A stretch of 63,817 bases of DNA, the filler included, from Lama guanicoe (Eukaryota): NCBI GenBank assembly GCA_013239625.1. It is 172 parts of 172 records of this genome, joined end to end, with 100 filler letters (N's around TTAATTAATTAA, not from the genome) between each part and the next. Parts side by side here need not be neighbours in the genome. Positions count along the whole stretch, not along the records: positions 1 to 271 come from PNXV01051546.1; positions 372 to 642 come from PNXV01051547.1; positions 743 to 1,013 come from PNXV01051548.1; positions 1,114 to 1,384 come from PNXV01051549.1; positions 1,485 to 1,755 come from PNXV01051550.1; positions 1,856 to 2,126 come from PNXV01051551.1; positions 2,227 to 2,497 come from PNXV01051552.1; positions 2,598 to 2,868 come from PNXV01051553.1; 164 more parts are not named here. One strand, written 5' to 3'. Every line of letters starts with the position of its first letter. The stretch's first letter is position 1. The position numbers and the translations under genes were made by a program. The notes beneath the pieces are model-generated. The model worked only from the letters and a program-made list of their open reading frames with translations, made no database searches and was not told the origin of the DNA. Of the stretch, positions 1 to 12,242 are shown one piece after another.

Positions 1-271
1 TGTTGCTGAAGATCAAAGTGCCATCCCAGTACAAACAATCTGAGTGGGGAAAAACTTGCTCAAAGCATACCCAGAATGACTGATAATGGGCCAACTTCCC
101 TGGTTAAAGCCTCGGCATGATTGTAGTGGGGGAGGGAAAGGAATCTTACAATGTCTCATGAAGTAGTAAAATGCTTTGTGGTTGGGTGTATGCAGTGAGT
201 GCTTGCTCTTCTCAACAAATTATTCTGAAACCTTTGTCACTCCCAGCCATTTTATATGTGGACAGTTAACT

Positions 272-371
272 NNNNNNNNNNNNNNNNNNNNNNNNNNNNN
301 NNNNNNNNNNNNNNNTTAATTAATTAANNNNNNNNNNNNNNNNNNNNNNNNNNNNNNNNNNNNNNNNNNNN
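272..371. other. First synthetic linker (N44 + TTAATTAATTAA at 316-327 + N44), representative of all 171
   Basis: The palindromic 12-mer has TAA at offsets 2, 6 and 10, giving stops in all three frames on both strands. It contains overlapping PacI sites and is always embedded in N runs. Confidence 0.99.
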
Positions 372-642
372 AAAAAAAAACAAGCAAAATCTAAAACCTA
401 ATAATAAACTGAGAAAAAAATCTGTAACAAATATCAGACAAGGGTCAAAGCTTTCCTGAATAGTAGAAATTCTAGTAATTTAGGACCAACAACTGTATAG
501 AAAAATGGGCAAAGGACATGAGTAGACTATGCATGAGAAAGGAAGTCCAGATGGCCCTTAAAGCTGCTTAGCTCCTTGCAGTCCCATTTCTCGGAATTTC
601 CCTGGAGCTGTATGTGCCTGTAGAAAATGACGTCTGTACAGA
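372..642 (+). mobile_element. Old L1 (L1M-type) ORF2 3' region fragment
   Basis: ATAGAAAAATGGGCAAAGGACATGA...CAGATGGCCCTTAAA is typical of the L1 ORF2 C-terminal region. Confidence 0.65.
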
Positions 643-1643
643 NNNNNNNNNNNNNNNNNNNNNNNNNNNNNNNNNNNNNNNNNNNNTTAATTAATTAANN
701 NNNNNNNNNNNNNNNNNNNNNNNNNNNNNNNNNNNNNNNNNNTCATTTCTCAAACAAAAATAAAATCAGATATCTACAATTATAAATGTAAATGTTCCAA
801 ACAAATACAAATCAATACAAATTAGCCTGTGAGCTGATTTTTCCTGTATATGTCTGGACAGAGATATTATTTCAGCTTGAACTTGTAGGTAATGAATTTG
901 AAATACTTTCAAGTCACACGCTGAAGGTGGGGGAGGGCAGGAGGTTCAGGGAAGATTGTGCATGAGAACATGCGTGCCGAGTTCCAGGAACTTAGTTACT
1001 CAGTGCTCTGTTCNNNNNNNNNNNNNNNNNNNNNNNNNNNNNNNNNNNNNNNNNNNNTTAATTAATTAANNNNNNNNNNNNNNNNNNNNNNNNNNNNNNN
1101 NNNNNNNNNNNNNTGGGAAACCGAAATCCCACCCGGACTGCCCTGAGCACTTCCAGAGTCTGCGTGGGCCTCCACTTTGAGGTTGGCTGTGATGCTCACG
1201 TGCGTATCTCCAGGCCACGGGGAGGCCAAGGACCAGCTGATGTGGGGAGGGGTTGGATAGAGTGTGGCTACGGCGGCCAGCGTCCGGAGTATCTACACAG
1301 TTCTGCATAAGACCCCTCAGAGTACAAGACAGACGCTGGCAAAAGGGTGGGAAGAGAAGGACGATGGGATGGGAGTCACATCTTNNNNNNNNNNNNNNNN
1401 NNNNNNNNNNNNNNNNNNNNNNNNNNNNTTAATTAATTAANNNNNNNNNNNNNNNNNNNNNNNNNNNNNNNNNNNNNNNNNNNNAATCCACACAGAGAAG
1501 CAGGTGCCGTAATCTAATTTTAGAGCGGGTGGATGGCGTGGCATGCTGACAACATTAAAGAACTTGAAGCAGCAAACAGCAAGTATGTCTAGGCTCCAGT
1601 CTTAGACTAATCTGTGAGGAGGAAAAACTCCTCCTCCTGGCTG

Positions 1644-1683
1644 GTAGAAGTGAATAGCCAGATGTAGAAGTGAATAGCCAGAT
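1644..1683. repeat. Perfect 20-bp tandem duplication (GTAGAAGTGAATAGCCAGAT x2)
   Basis: Read directly: 1644-1663 equals 1664-1683. Confidence 0.95.
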
Positions 1684-3469
1684 GTGAATATGGAGAACCT
1701 AAAAAACCCCAATTTTGATATAGGCTTTAACACCAAAAAAACTTCCATTATCCAGNNNNNNNNNNNNNNNNNNNNNNNNNNNNNNNNNNNNNNNNNNNNT
1801 TAATTAATTAANNNNNNNNNNNNNNNNNNNNNNNNNNNNNNNNNNNNNNNNNNNNAAAGTTGCTCCTGTCCTCCGCTGAATCAATTTAATAACAAGGCAG
1901 AAAAGCCAGGAATGTCTGTTTGGTTTCTAGGGGCCAAATAGATCCTTTCAGTATTTGCTTATCTGGATCCATAACTTCGTTTGATTGTTTTTTTTTCATT
2001 CTGATACTTTATAGCAAAATAAGTAAAATCTTCTCAACAGTTTAGTATATTAATGAAGTTAGAACACTACCTCAGATCATACACAAAAATAAACTCAAAA
2101 TGGCTTAAAGACAAGACACTATAAACNNNNNNNNNNNNNNNNNNNNNNNNNNNNNNNNNNNNNNNNNNNNTTAATTAATTAANNNNNNNNNNNNNNNNNN
2201 NNNNNNNNNNNNNNNNNNNNNNNNNNCTGGTGACAAATGTTCTTAGTTTTCCTTCATCTGAGAATGTCTCAATTTCCCCTTTATTCCTAAAGGGTAATTT
2301 TATATGTACATCACTCTGGATTGATGGCTCTTCTCTTTTAACAGTTGAAAAATATTGGGTTATTTCCTTTTGGCTTCTAGTTAAACCTGGAAATTAAAAA
2401 ATGTAATTTGTTGTAATTTTATTTCTTGTTCTAAAAATTATTTTGTATTCAATTTTTATTGACAATTCTGTGTTGTTTTAAAAAGCCCAATTGAATGNNN
2501 NNNNNNNNNNNNNNNNNNNNNNNNNNNNNNNNNNNNNNNNNTTAATTAATTAANNNNNNNNNNNNNNNNNNNNNNNNNNNNNNNNNNNNNNNNNNNNTTT
2601 GGCTCATTCAGACTTTCCAGATGCCTGATATTGGGCAGGAGAGGCATGCTGCTGATGGATGGCACTTTTTTACCTTCTGCCCACGTGTTTGACATCGTGC
2701 AGATGGAGGCATCTGAAAAAGAAGATTGATTTGTTTTATTAATGAAAAAGTGACGAAATAACACTGGAGAAAGTTTTGAGAAGTCACACATGATCTCCAC
2801 TGTTCTCATACAACCACCGTCTCCACTTCTGCATATTTCCTTCCTGGTTTGGTTCACCTCAGATGTTANNNNNNNNNNNNNNNNNNNNNNNNNNNNNNNN
2901 NNNNNNNNNNNNTTAATTAATTAANNNNNNNNNNNNNNNNNNNNNNNNNNNNNNNNNNNNNNNNNNNNGCACCAGAAATAACCGAATCCCTGTCTGTGAA
3001 CAAATCGGCTTAGGCGACGTCACCACGTCCGTCTCCCTGACGGCAGCCCCGCGTCACAGCCGGGAGGATGCGCAGGAGGAGGGCCGCTGTGCTGCTCCCT
3101 GAGGCAGGCGGCCAGGTCGACTCCTGGGGACTGTGGACCGGGGAGGCGGGTGGAGGATGTGGTCCGAAATGAAATTGCCCTTAAAATTCAGGCAAGAAAG
3201 CCAGCCCCTTGACCACCTCACTTCTCTCCAGAACATCAGNNNNNNNNNNNNNNNNNNNNNNNNNNNNNNNNNNNNNNNNNNNNTTAATTAATTAANNNNN
3301 NNNNNNNNNNNNNNNNNNNNNNNNNNNNNNNNNNNNNNNCTCCCTCCCTCGTCAGGGCTGGTGGCAAAACCAACAACTGTCTGTGAGGGGGGACACAGTG
3401 GACCCAGAGCCCCGCCCCCCAGCAGCTGCCCTGACCTGGCACCTGGACCCCTGCCAGGGCACAGGGCTG

Positions 3470-3600
3470 AACTGCGGGTTCGAATCTCTAGTCCTTACTT
3501 GTGTGTGACCCTGAGCCAGGCAGCCTTTTGTGAGCCTCAGTCTCCCCATATATGATCGGTGGACAGTGGGACCTGGAATGAGGGATGTTTGTGACAGGCC
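3470..3600 (+). mobile_element. MIR SINE fragment
   Basis: GGGTTCGAATC...TGTGTGACCCTGAGC...TGAGCCTCAGTCTCCCCAT resembles the MIR core. Confidence 0.65.
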
Positions 3601-3710
3601 TGGCCATAGCNNNNNNNNNNNNNNNNNNNNNNNNNNNNNNNNNNNNNNNNNNNNTTAATTAATTAANNNNNNNNNNNNNNNNNNNNNNNNNNNNNNNNNN
3701 NNNNNNNNNN

Positions 3711-3981
3711 TATGTAGTTTCAGGATGGAGGCTGGTCATGCTGGAAAAGCCAGTCATGTATGTTATTAGAGGGTTGGGGCTTTGAGCCATGTGACATCAA
3801 TCCAAATTCTCAACCTCTAAAGGGGGAAATGCGGTTGAAGTCTGAGTTCGAGCACATGGCCAATGATGAAATCAGTCATGCTCATGTAAGGGAACATCAG
3901 TGTGAACTCTGGACGCTGAGGTTCAGGTGGGCTTCCTGGTTCGTGAACACACTGCTGTGTCTGGGAGCGTGATGTGCCCTG
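3711..3981 (+). mobile_element. MER21-family LTR fragment
   Basis: TTCAGGATGGAGGCTGGTCA...ATTAGAGGGTTGG...ATGGCCAATGAT...GCTTCCTGGTTCGTGAACACA matches recalled MER21 consensus motifs. Confidence 0.75.
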
Positions 3982-4081
3982 NNNNNNNNNNNNNNNNNNN
4001 NNNNNNNNNNNNNNNNNNNNNNNNNTTAATTAATTAANNNNNNNNNNNNNNNNNNNNNNNNNNNNNNNNNNNNNNNNNNNN

Positions 4082-4183
4082 ATTTGAATTTCAGATAAGC
4101 AGTAAGTACTTAGATTTATTATGTCCCATATATTGCATGGGACATAATAAAAATTACTCATTGCTTATCTGAAGTCTAAATTA
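4082..4183. mobile_element. MER53 palindromic hAT-type MITE (central hairpin)
   Basis: TTGAATTTCAGATAA...TATGTCCCATATATTGCATGGGACATA...TTATCTGAA. Perfect 15-bp inner stem (4115-4129/4137-4151) and 12-bp outer stem (4090-4101/4162-4173). Confidence 0.85.
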
Positions 4184-4188
4184 GTCTG

Positions 4189-4352
4189 TGTGATGGTTAA
4201 TTTTATGTGTCAGGTTGGCTAGACCCTGGATTACCTAGATATTTGGTCAAATATTATTCTGGGTGTGTGCATGTGTGAGAGTGTTCTGGATGAGACCACA
4301 GCTGAACCTGCAGACTGCACAGAGCAGATCACCTCCCCAGTGTGGGCAGCCC
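4189..4352 (+). mobile_element. MLT2 (ERVL) LTR 5' end
   Basis: Starts TGTGATGGTTAATTTTATGTGTCA...GATATTTGGTCAAATATTATTCTGGGTGTGT, the MLT2 start. Confidence 0.85.
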
Positions 4353-5565
4353 NNNNNNNNNNNNNNNNNNNNNNNNNNNNNNNNNNNNNNNNNNNNTTAA
4401 TTAATTAANNNNNNNNNNNNNNNNNNNNNNNNNNNNNNNNNNNNNNNNNNNNCCTCCTAGGGGCACGGGAGGGGCACCAAAGCACAGTCACACACTCGGG
4501 ACTACGACAAGTCCACTGCCGGGCACACAGTATGTGCTCAATAAACAGTTGTTGAATGGAGGTTTAAATTCCTTACTTTAAGATACCAAGCTCTTCCAAG
4601 ATCTGATCTACACTATATTGGTCTTGCTTAATCACACATCTCATTGTTAAGAAAAATCAGCCAAACCTGGAAAAAAAGTGAATCAAGAACTACAAGCACT
4701 TTCAGTGTGTAATGAAACATACTNNNNNNNNNNNNNNNNNNNNNNNNNNNNNNNNNNNNNNNNNNNNTTAATTAATTAANNNNNNNNNNNNNNNNNNNNN
4801 NNNNNNNNNNNNNNNNNNNNNNNGAATGAATTTTTTTAGTATGTGAATTATATCTCAATACAGCTGTTATTTTTAAAAAAATCCTTTTGTTCTTATATTG
4901 CAAACAGTTTCTAGTTGGTATTTTCAAGTTTTATTGTGTTTTTCACTATATATATACATTTTTATATTTTTATAGTAAAACTATCAGTTTTTTTCCTTTA
5001 TAATTTTTGGGTTTGTGTCATATTTAGAAACTTTATCCCTACTTTAGATTTGAGGAAATAATCACTTATACTTTGCTATAATCTCTTTTTAAAANNNNNN
5101 NNNNNNNNNNNNNNNNNNNNNNNNNNNNNNNNNNNNNNTTAATTAATTAANNNNNNNNNNNNNNNNNNNNNNNNNNNNNNNNNNNNNNNNNNNNTCAAGT
5201 CCATTTCCACATTTTAATTGTGTAGAAACTGACTGTCAGGTAACACAGCCAGTCAGAGGCAAAACTGGGACTTGTGGCAAAGTTGTAACTGAAGTCTAAT
5301 ATTCTTCTCTCTATATAACATACTTGATTACATGATTGGTCTAAAAGAACAAGCGTCTACCACTTACTTGGCCAAATATGTTCATTATTTCAAGCCAATA
5401 CCATGTTACATTTTTTAATAACAGAATAAAAACAAAATTGGTGATCAAGAGATAGCGGCATAGGGNNNNNNNNNNNNNNNNNNNNNNNNNNNNNNNNNNN
5501 NNNNNNNNNTTAATTAATTAANNNNNNNNNNNNNNNNNNNNNNNNNNNNNNNNNNNNNNNNNNNN

Positions 5566-5810
5566 TTCCTTTCTCCCCCTAGACCTTGGCAACCGCTAAT
5601 CTACTCTCTGTCTCTACGAATTTGCTTATTTTGGACATTCCATATAAGTAGAATCTTACAACATGTCATCATTTGTGACTGGCTTCTTTCACTGAGCATA
5701 GTGTTTTCAAGGTTCACCCCCAATAAAACATGTATCAATATTTTTTCCACTTCCTGGTTAAATAATATTCCATTCTGTGGATATTCAGTATTTTGTTTAT
5801 CTATTTGGCC
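5566..5810 (-). mobile_element. L1MB/MC-type 3' end fragment
   Basis: GGCAACCGCTAATCTACT...CTGGCTTCTTTCACTGAGCATAGTGTTTTCAAGGTTCA...AATAATATTCCATT. Confidence 0.8.
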
Positions 5811-5936
5811 TCTAGAATTTGAAGTGCATCAATTCTNNNNNNNNNNNNNNNNNNNNNNNNNNNNNNNNNNNNNNNNNNNNTTAATTAATTAANNNNNNNN
5901 NNNNNNNNNNNNNNNNNNNNNNNNNNNNNNNNNNNN

Positions 5937-6207
5937 TCCAGCTCTGAAAGAGGCGTGTGGAAGTCTGCAACTGTAATATTGGATTCATCTATTTCTCCTT
6001 GCGGCTCTATCAATTTTTGCCTGATGTATATTCATGCTCTGTTTTTAGGTGCATACACGTTAAGAATTGTTATGTCTTCTTGAAGAGCTGACCCTTTTAT
6101 TTTTATGCCATGCCCTTCTTTATCCTTGACGACTTTCCCGGCTCTCTGCTCTCCTCTGTTCAAACTTAATGCAGCTACCCCTGCTTTCCTTTGATTAGTT
6201 TTAGCAC
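5937..6207 (-). mobile_element. L1 ORF2 endonuclease-region fragment (decayed)
   Basis: TTAGGTGCATACACGTTAAGAATTGTTATGTCTTCTTG...GACCCTTTTAT...GCTACCCCTGCTTTCCTTTGATTAGTT is antisense L1 EN sequence. Confidence 0.8.
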
Positions 6208-6678
6208 NNNNNNNNNNNNNNNNNNNNNNNNNNNNNNNNNNNNNNNNNNNNTTAATTAATTAANNNNNNNNNNNNNNNNNNNNNNNNNNNNNNNNNNNNN
6301 NNNNNNNTGCCATCACGGTGTTGAAGGCACTTGTTTACACAGTGTAAGGATAGACAAGCCAGAGGAAGCCAGAACTAGGGCAGAGATTTACTCCACCATA
6401 GAAAGGCCTTTGAAGACCCTTTGCTTCCTGAGGTCAGTTATCAGGGCATGAGAAATGAATAATATCCAATGATCCCCCAATAAAACACTGAACATGCCTG
6501 ATACATGCTTTGATGGTCAATATTTTAGCTACATCCTACAGTCATTCTTGGCTTGGGCAACATGGGTCCCCCAAATTTNNNNNNNNNNNNNNNNNNNNNN
6601 NNNNNNNNNNNNNNNNNNNNNNTTAATTAATTAANNNNNNNNNNNNNNNNNNNNNNNNNNNNNNNNNNNNNNNNNNNN

Positions 6679-6775
6679 ATTGATTGATTGATTGATTGAA
6701 TGGAGGTACTGGGGGTTGAACCCAGGATCTCGTGCATGCTAAGTACACGCTCTACCACTGAGCTACACCCTCCCC
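6679..6775 (-). mobile_element. Vic-1-type (camelid) tRNA-Ala(AGC)-derived SINE with (CAAT)n tail
   Basis: The reverse complement is GGGGAGGGTGTAGCTCAGTGGTAGAGCGTGTACTTAGCATGCACGAGATCCTGGGTTCAACCCCCAGTACCTCCA followed by (CAAT)n. A and B boxes are present. Confidence 0.85.
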
Positions 6776-7107
6776 TTGCTTTTCTTTTTGATGATGCTTG
6801 GTTAGTGATATCTACACACTGGCAAATATTTGCCATTTGATTTATACTCTTGTTAAAATAGACATACTGCAGTAGGATGGGTGACTCTGTGAAATTTAGG
6901 ATGTTAAACAAATATTGGGATGTAAATTTCAGTCTGTCATTTTTTTTTTNNNNNNNNNNNNNNNNNNNNNNNNNNNNNNNNNNNNNNNNNNNNTTAATTA
7001 ATTAANNNNNNNNNNNNNNNNNNNNNNNNNNNNNNNNNNNNNNNNNNNNCAAGCTATACTGGAGGATATGTCTTCAGATTTAAGAAATATAAACCCACGT
7101 TTGCATG

Positions 7108-7320
7108 TGTTGTGGGTTGGAATGTGTCCCTCCAAAAGATATGTTCAAGTTTTAATCCCTGGAACCTGTGAGTTTGACCTTATTTTCAAATAGGATCTTT
7201 GCAGATAAAATATGAAGGGGACGTATTGCATTAGGGCATACTACATATGTGTCCTTATAAAAAGAGGACCATTTGGATACAGGCAGAGACAGACTGGAGA
7301 ACGCCATGTGAAGATACATA
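7108..7320 (+). mobile_element. MLT1 (MaLR) LTR 5' part
   Basis: TGTTGTGGGTTGGAATGTGTCCCTCCAAAAGATATGTTCAAGT...GACCTTATTT...CTTTGCAGAT...GCCATGTGAAGA. Confidence 0.85.
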
Positions 7321-7791
7321 NNNNNNNNNNNNNNNNNNNNNNNNNNNNNNNNNNNNNNNNNNNNTTAATTAATTAANNNNNNNNNNNNNNNNNNNNNNNN
7401 NNNNNNNNNNNNNNNNNNNNTATGTCCAATACTATGGAATATTATGCAGGAGTTTAAATGAATGGGGCAACCCTCTATGTACTGAGAAGTAAAGAAATCT
7501 AAGACGTATCGTGACATTAAAGAATCAAGCTGCAAGATTTTACCACTTATGTAAAAAGGTATAATAAAGTCACACAACTAACTTATTGTTATCTGTAAAT
7601 ATGTATGTAGTCAAATACAAGGAAAAGAGTCTGGAAGGACTGTTACTAAACTCAAAATTGTGTGGGTGGGGGATTAAGGCACAAGGAGGGTNNNNNNNNN
7701 NNNNNNNNNNNNNNNNNNNNNNNNNNNNNNNNNNNTTAATTAATTAANNNNNNNNNNNNNNNNNNNNNNNNNNNNNNNNNNNNNNNNNNNN

Positions 7792-7963
7792 GCCTTCTCC
7801 ATTGGTAAGAGCTTCTAGAGATTTAGAGTCATCCTTCTGTCCCTGGTACAGAGAGGGAGATCACCCTTATAAATGTAAATGTCTCTTACCAAAGGGTAAT
7901 TTCTACCCAGTTAGAGTTTTTCCTACGTCTGTTGCTTCTTAAAAATAATCAGCCTAAAATAAT
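7792..7963 (-). mobile_element. ERV1-type LTR fragment
   Basis: TAAATGTCTCTTAC...AAAAATAATCAGCCTAAAATAAT resembles the antisense of laurasiatherian ERV1 LTR 5' regions. Confidence 0.55.
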
Positions 7964-9275
7964 GAAGCAGTAGTTCATTTCTTCCTGTTGCTGAATAGCA
8001 TTCCACGGTATGGATTCTCACCATTTGACTTAAATGTTTACTCATCAAAGGCCGTCTGGGTTNNNNNNNNNNNNNNNNNNNNNNNNNNNNNNNNNNNNNN
8101 NNNNNNTTAATTAATTAANNNNNNNNNNNNNNNNNNNNNNNNNNNNNNNNNNNNNNNNNNNNCCCACGTGGCTCAGGAGGCGGCTCCCAAGGCCACCCGC
8201 CAGCAAAGGGAAGGGCGAGGGAAGCAGTGCGCCCACAAGCGGTGGCGGCTTGGGGCCAGTTCTTACAGGGTAGAGGGCTCCCTGCCCCCCACCCCCTTCC
8301 CTCGAGGGCCGCCTGTCCTCTGATGCTTTGAGACGCTACTTGGTGGTGGCTCCTCTCCTGCATCCCAGTGACATCGACATCCCAGGGACAAAGTCACTTC
8401 TGCTTTGAGGCTTCAGGTCGGCTGAACGTGCCTNNNNNNNNNNNNNNNNNNNNNNNNNNNNNNNNNNNNNNNNNNNNTTAATTAATTAANNNNNNNNNNN
8501 NNNNNNNNNNNNNNNNNNNNNNNNNNNNNNNNNGTTCTGTACCACCAAATTGGTACCATGAGGGCACAACCGCCATAGCTGCTGGCCCGGAACAAGTGGG
8601 TGTGCTCCACCAGCATCACTGGGTCCGACCCTAACAGCCTGCCCCAGGGATACTTCCACTGCTGCTCCTAGAAAGGGCTGTGACTGCCGTCACTGCTACC
8701 GCCCCCCCCCTCCAGAATGGATTCTCTACTCTTCCTACTTCTTCATGTCACTAAGTCTTGACTCAAAATCTGGGGCAGGGCATCTTATTGGCTGCATTTC
8801 TGTCNNNNNNNNNNNNNNNNNNNNNNNNNNNNNNNNNNNNNNNNNNNNTTAATTAATTAANNNNNNNNNNNNNNNNNNNNNNNNNNNNNNNNNNNNNNNN
8901 NNNNTTAAAAGGCACATTAGCGGTTATTTCTGAATGGCACCAGAAATTATGGGTCAGTTCAAAACAGATTGTTGACGTCCTAATGTCACCATAGATGCAG
9001 CAGAAGCCTTTTGTAACGGAGATTTTTGTTTATGACTATATCCTTGCCCTGTGTCCCTTTTCTGCAATATCATTGCTTTTTCCGTTTTAAGAACTTATTA
9101 AAAATAATTCCCAAGGATATAATGTAGTCTGCTACTCAGAACAGGTTAACAAAAATGAAAACTTTATTTTCTGTTNNNNNNNNNNNNNNNNNNNNNNNNN
9201 NNNNNNNNNNNNNNNNNNNTTAATTAATTAANNNNNNNNNNNNNNNNNNNNNNNNNNNNNNNNNNNNNNNNNNNN

Positions 9276-9546
9276 TTTTTATCAAATTACTACAAAATAT
9301 TGAATATAGTTCCCTGTGTTGTACAGTATAAGCTAGTTGTTCATATACTTTATATAGATTAGTATCTGCGAATTTCAAACTCCCAATTTTTCCCTTCCCA
9401 CCCCTTTTCCCCCTTTGGTAACCATAGTTTGTTTGTTTTCTATGTCTGTGAGTCTGTTTTTGTTTTGTAAGTCAGTTTGTTTGTGTTTCTTTTTTATATT
9501 CCACGTGTAAGTGGTATGGTATTTGACATTTACTTTGTCTATTTCA
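9276..9546 (-). mobile_element. Cetartiodactyl/camelid-type L1 3' UTR
   Basis: ATATTGAATATAGTTCCCTGTG...CCCTTTGGTAACCATAGTTTG...TTTTCTATGTCTGTGAGTCTGTT; same family as 15582, 32304 and 41231. Confidence 0.85.
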
Positions 9547-11635
9547 NNNNNNNNNNNNNNNNNNNNNNNNNNNNNNNNNNNNNNNNNNNNTTAATTAATT
9601 AANNNNNNNNNNNNNNNNNNNNNNNNNNNNNNNNNNNNNNNNNNNNTGTTGTCCACGTCTTCCGTCAGTTCTTTCTATAGATCATCCATAGTGAGGTCAG
9701 TCTTCCTCGCTTTTACTTTCACATCCAGGCCGTGTTGGGGTCTAATTCTGCCGAGTCCTCCATCATTTAGCAGCCGGCTTCTCTTCTGTTACAATTTGTG
9801 TTTCAATTCTGGTGTTTGCTTATAAGATAAAGACAGAGATTGCAGCAAGTCATTTTTCCTGGCTGTGCGGCTGCTCCCTTTTCCGTCAGACTCTCCCCCG
9901 GGGGGCTGGCTGAGCTGNNNNNNNNNNNNNNNNNNNNNNNNNNNNNNNNNNNNNNNNNNNNTTAATTAATTAANNNNNNNNNNNNNNNNNNNNNNNNNNN
10001 NNNNNNNNNNNNNNNNNTGTATGTTGGCTTGTTCTGTCCTTCTGTGACTTGCTGTTAGTAGTGAATGTTTTTTTGAGGTCTTCGTTGGTGTGTAGATCTG
10101 GTTCATCCCTTCTCATTGCTCGGCCCGATTTCTTTGTACAAACACACAGGCCCGTCGGTTGTCCCTAGGGTCTCACTGCTGCAGAGAATGAGCTGCTTCT
10201 CCAGGGCTCCCTCGGCACGTGTGGGTTTCTCCAAGCTGACAGTGCTTTTCTGACTCCAGTTTGGGACCTGTTAATGAGCTGTGAAAAANNNNNNNNNNNN
10301 NNNNNNNNNNNNNNNNNNNNNNNNNNNNNNNNTTAATTAATTAANNNNNNNNNNNNNNNNNNNNNNNNNNNNNNNNNNNNNNNNNNNNAATCAACAGAAC
10401 CATTTTCTCATCAGAAGACTTAGTATGGCGTCATGATACCTCCAGGTGACCCATTCTATAGAGGCCAGCGGTTGTCACTTTTTTCCATCTCTTTATCTCT
10501 TAAGCACTCAAGGCGTGGCCTTCTTGGTGTTTAGCCTGCTTTGTAAGGCAGCAGTTCTATGACCTTCTCCCTGGAGATGGACTCAGAGACCAAGCATGAT
10601 TACAGCATGATTACTGGAATAAAATAGAAACAGTCAGATCAATAGCTTTAGTGTTAACANNNNNNNNNNNNNNNNNNNNNNNNNNNNNNNNNNNNNNNNN
10701 NNNTTAATTAATTAANNNNNNNNNNNNNNNNNNNNNNNNNNNNNNNNNNNNNNNNNNNNTAAACTTTTCTTATTATCTAATCCAAGCTTCTTCCTTCTTA
10801 GCTCCAGGCCATTGCACCTACCCCTGCCATCATCTGAGACTGTGAATAATTTCTACCCTTCATTTAGAGTGCTACCTCGAAGGCATTTACAGTCTGAGAT
10901 CATATCCCTCTTGAGCATTTTCCACCTCTCCAGCTTTCCTCGAATGCTCTTGCCAGTTTGGGGAGATTTGTTTCCACTCTTTATATATTTCTCTAGCTTT
11001 CTTCCTTCCTTCCAAAGGAAAAAAAAAAAANNNNNNNNNNNNNNNNNNNNNNNNNNNNNNNNNNNNNNNNNNNNTTAATTAATTAANNNNNNNNNNNNNN
11101 NNNNNNNNNNNNNNNNNNNNNNNNNNNNNNTTGTACCTCCCCTTATATATGTATGGAGTGGAGTTTGCAACTGAAGAGATACTTTGTGTTCCAAACAAGA
11201 TAGGTGAAAATTTGCATTCACAAACGCTTAACTCTCAGAAATGAGCACGTGGAGAGACATTCATCCATCTTGCAAAATGGAACGGGTTGCAGGACAAACA
11301 CTCACTCAGGTTTCTAAGTTTGTTTCCTTTGACCGGCTTGAAGTTCCTGCAGTTATCACTGTAAAACCGAGTTGGAGCTTGTACTTCCCCATATATATGT
11401 NNNNNNNNNNNNNNNNNNNNNNNNNNNNNNNNNNNNNNNNNNNNTTAATTAATTAANNNNNNNNNNNNNNNNNNNNNNNNNNNNNNNNNNNNNNNNNNNN
11501 TGTGTAGCTGTCTTTTTAACACCTTTATTGTGGTGTGAGTACAGTAGACCACGCATGTTTTAGGTACACGGTTTGATGAAGTTTGACAGGTGTGCACAAG
11601 CAGGAGAGCTGACATCGCCGTCCCTCCCCAAGAGG

Positions 11636-11727
11636 TGCAAACCTCAAATTCCCAACTGATCCCTTCCCACCCCCTTTGGCCCCTGGTTGCCGTAAGTTTG
11701 TTCTCTATGTCTGTGAGTCTATTTCTG
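11636..11727 (-). mobile_element. Internal L1 3' UTR fragment between older L1M-like pieces
   Basis: CTCAAATTCCCAACTGATCCCTTCCCACCCC...GTTTGTTCTCTATGTCTGTGAGTCTATTTCTG. Confidence 0.75.
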
Positions 11728-12242
11728 TAAAATCAGAAATCTTTAAATAGACTTTTCTTATTGTAGTAAAANNNNNNNNNNNNNNNNNNNNNNNNNNNNN
11801 NNNNNNNNNNNNNNNTTAATTAATTAANNNNNNNNNNNNNNNNNNNNNNNNNNNNNNNNNNNNNNNNNNNNAGTTACTTGATGCAAGTAAGAAAACCCAT
11901 AAGTTGCATTTCTTCCCAAGATCATAGTCATTTTCCCCGAGTGGACATTATTCTTGGGCCATGGAAACAGTACAGCCTCTTCCACACGTCTCCTCCAGTC
12001 CACATTATGGGAGTTGTATGACCCAACAGCTATAGTGCAGATCATCACAGATATTTGGAAAGAATTGGCTGCTACAATTTGGATGCCAAGGGGAGGAGGA
12101 GGTTCCATTCAGGCAGGACTCTCAGGATAAAGCCTGTCTGGTNNNNNNNNNNNNNNNNNNNNNNNNNNNNNNNNNNNNNNNNNNNNTTAATTAATTAANN
12201 NNNNNNNNNNNNNNNNNNNNNNNNNNNNNNNNNNNNNNNNNN

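Noticed and set aside
11872..12142. Coding-looking unique sequence (94-aa minus ORF and long plus frames)
   Set aside because: No recognisable family or clear splice boundaries in any frame.
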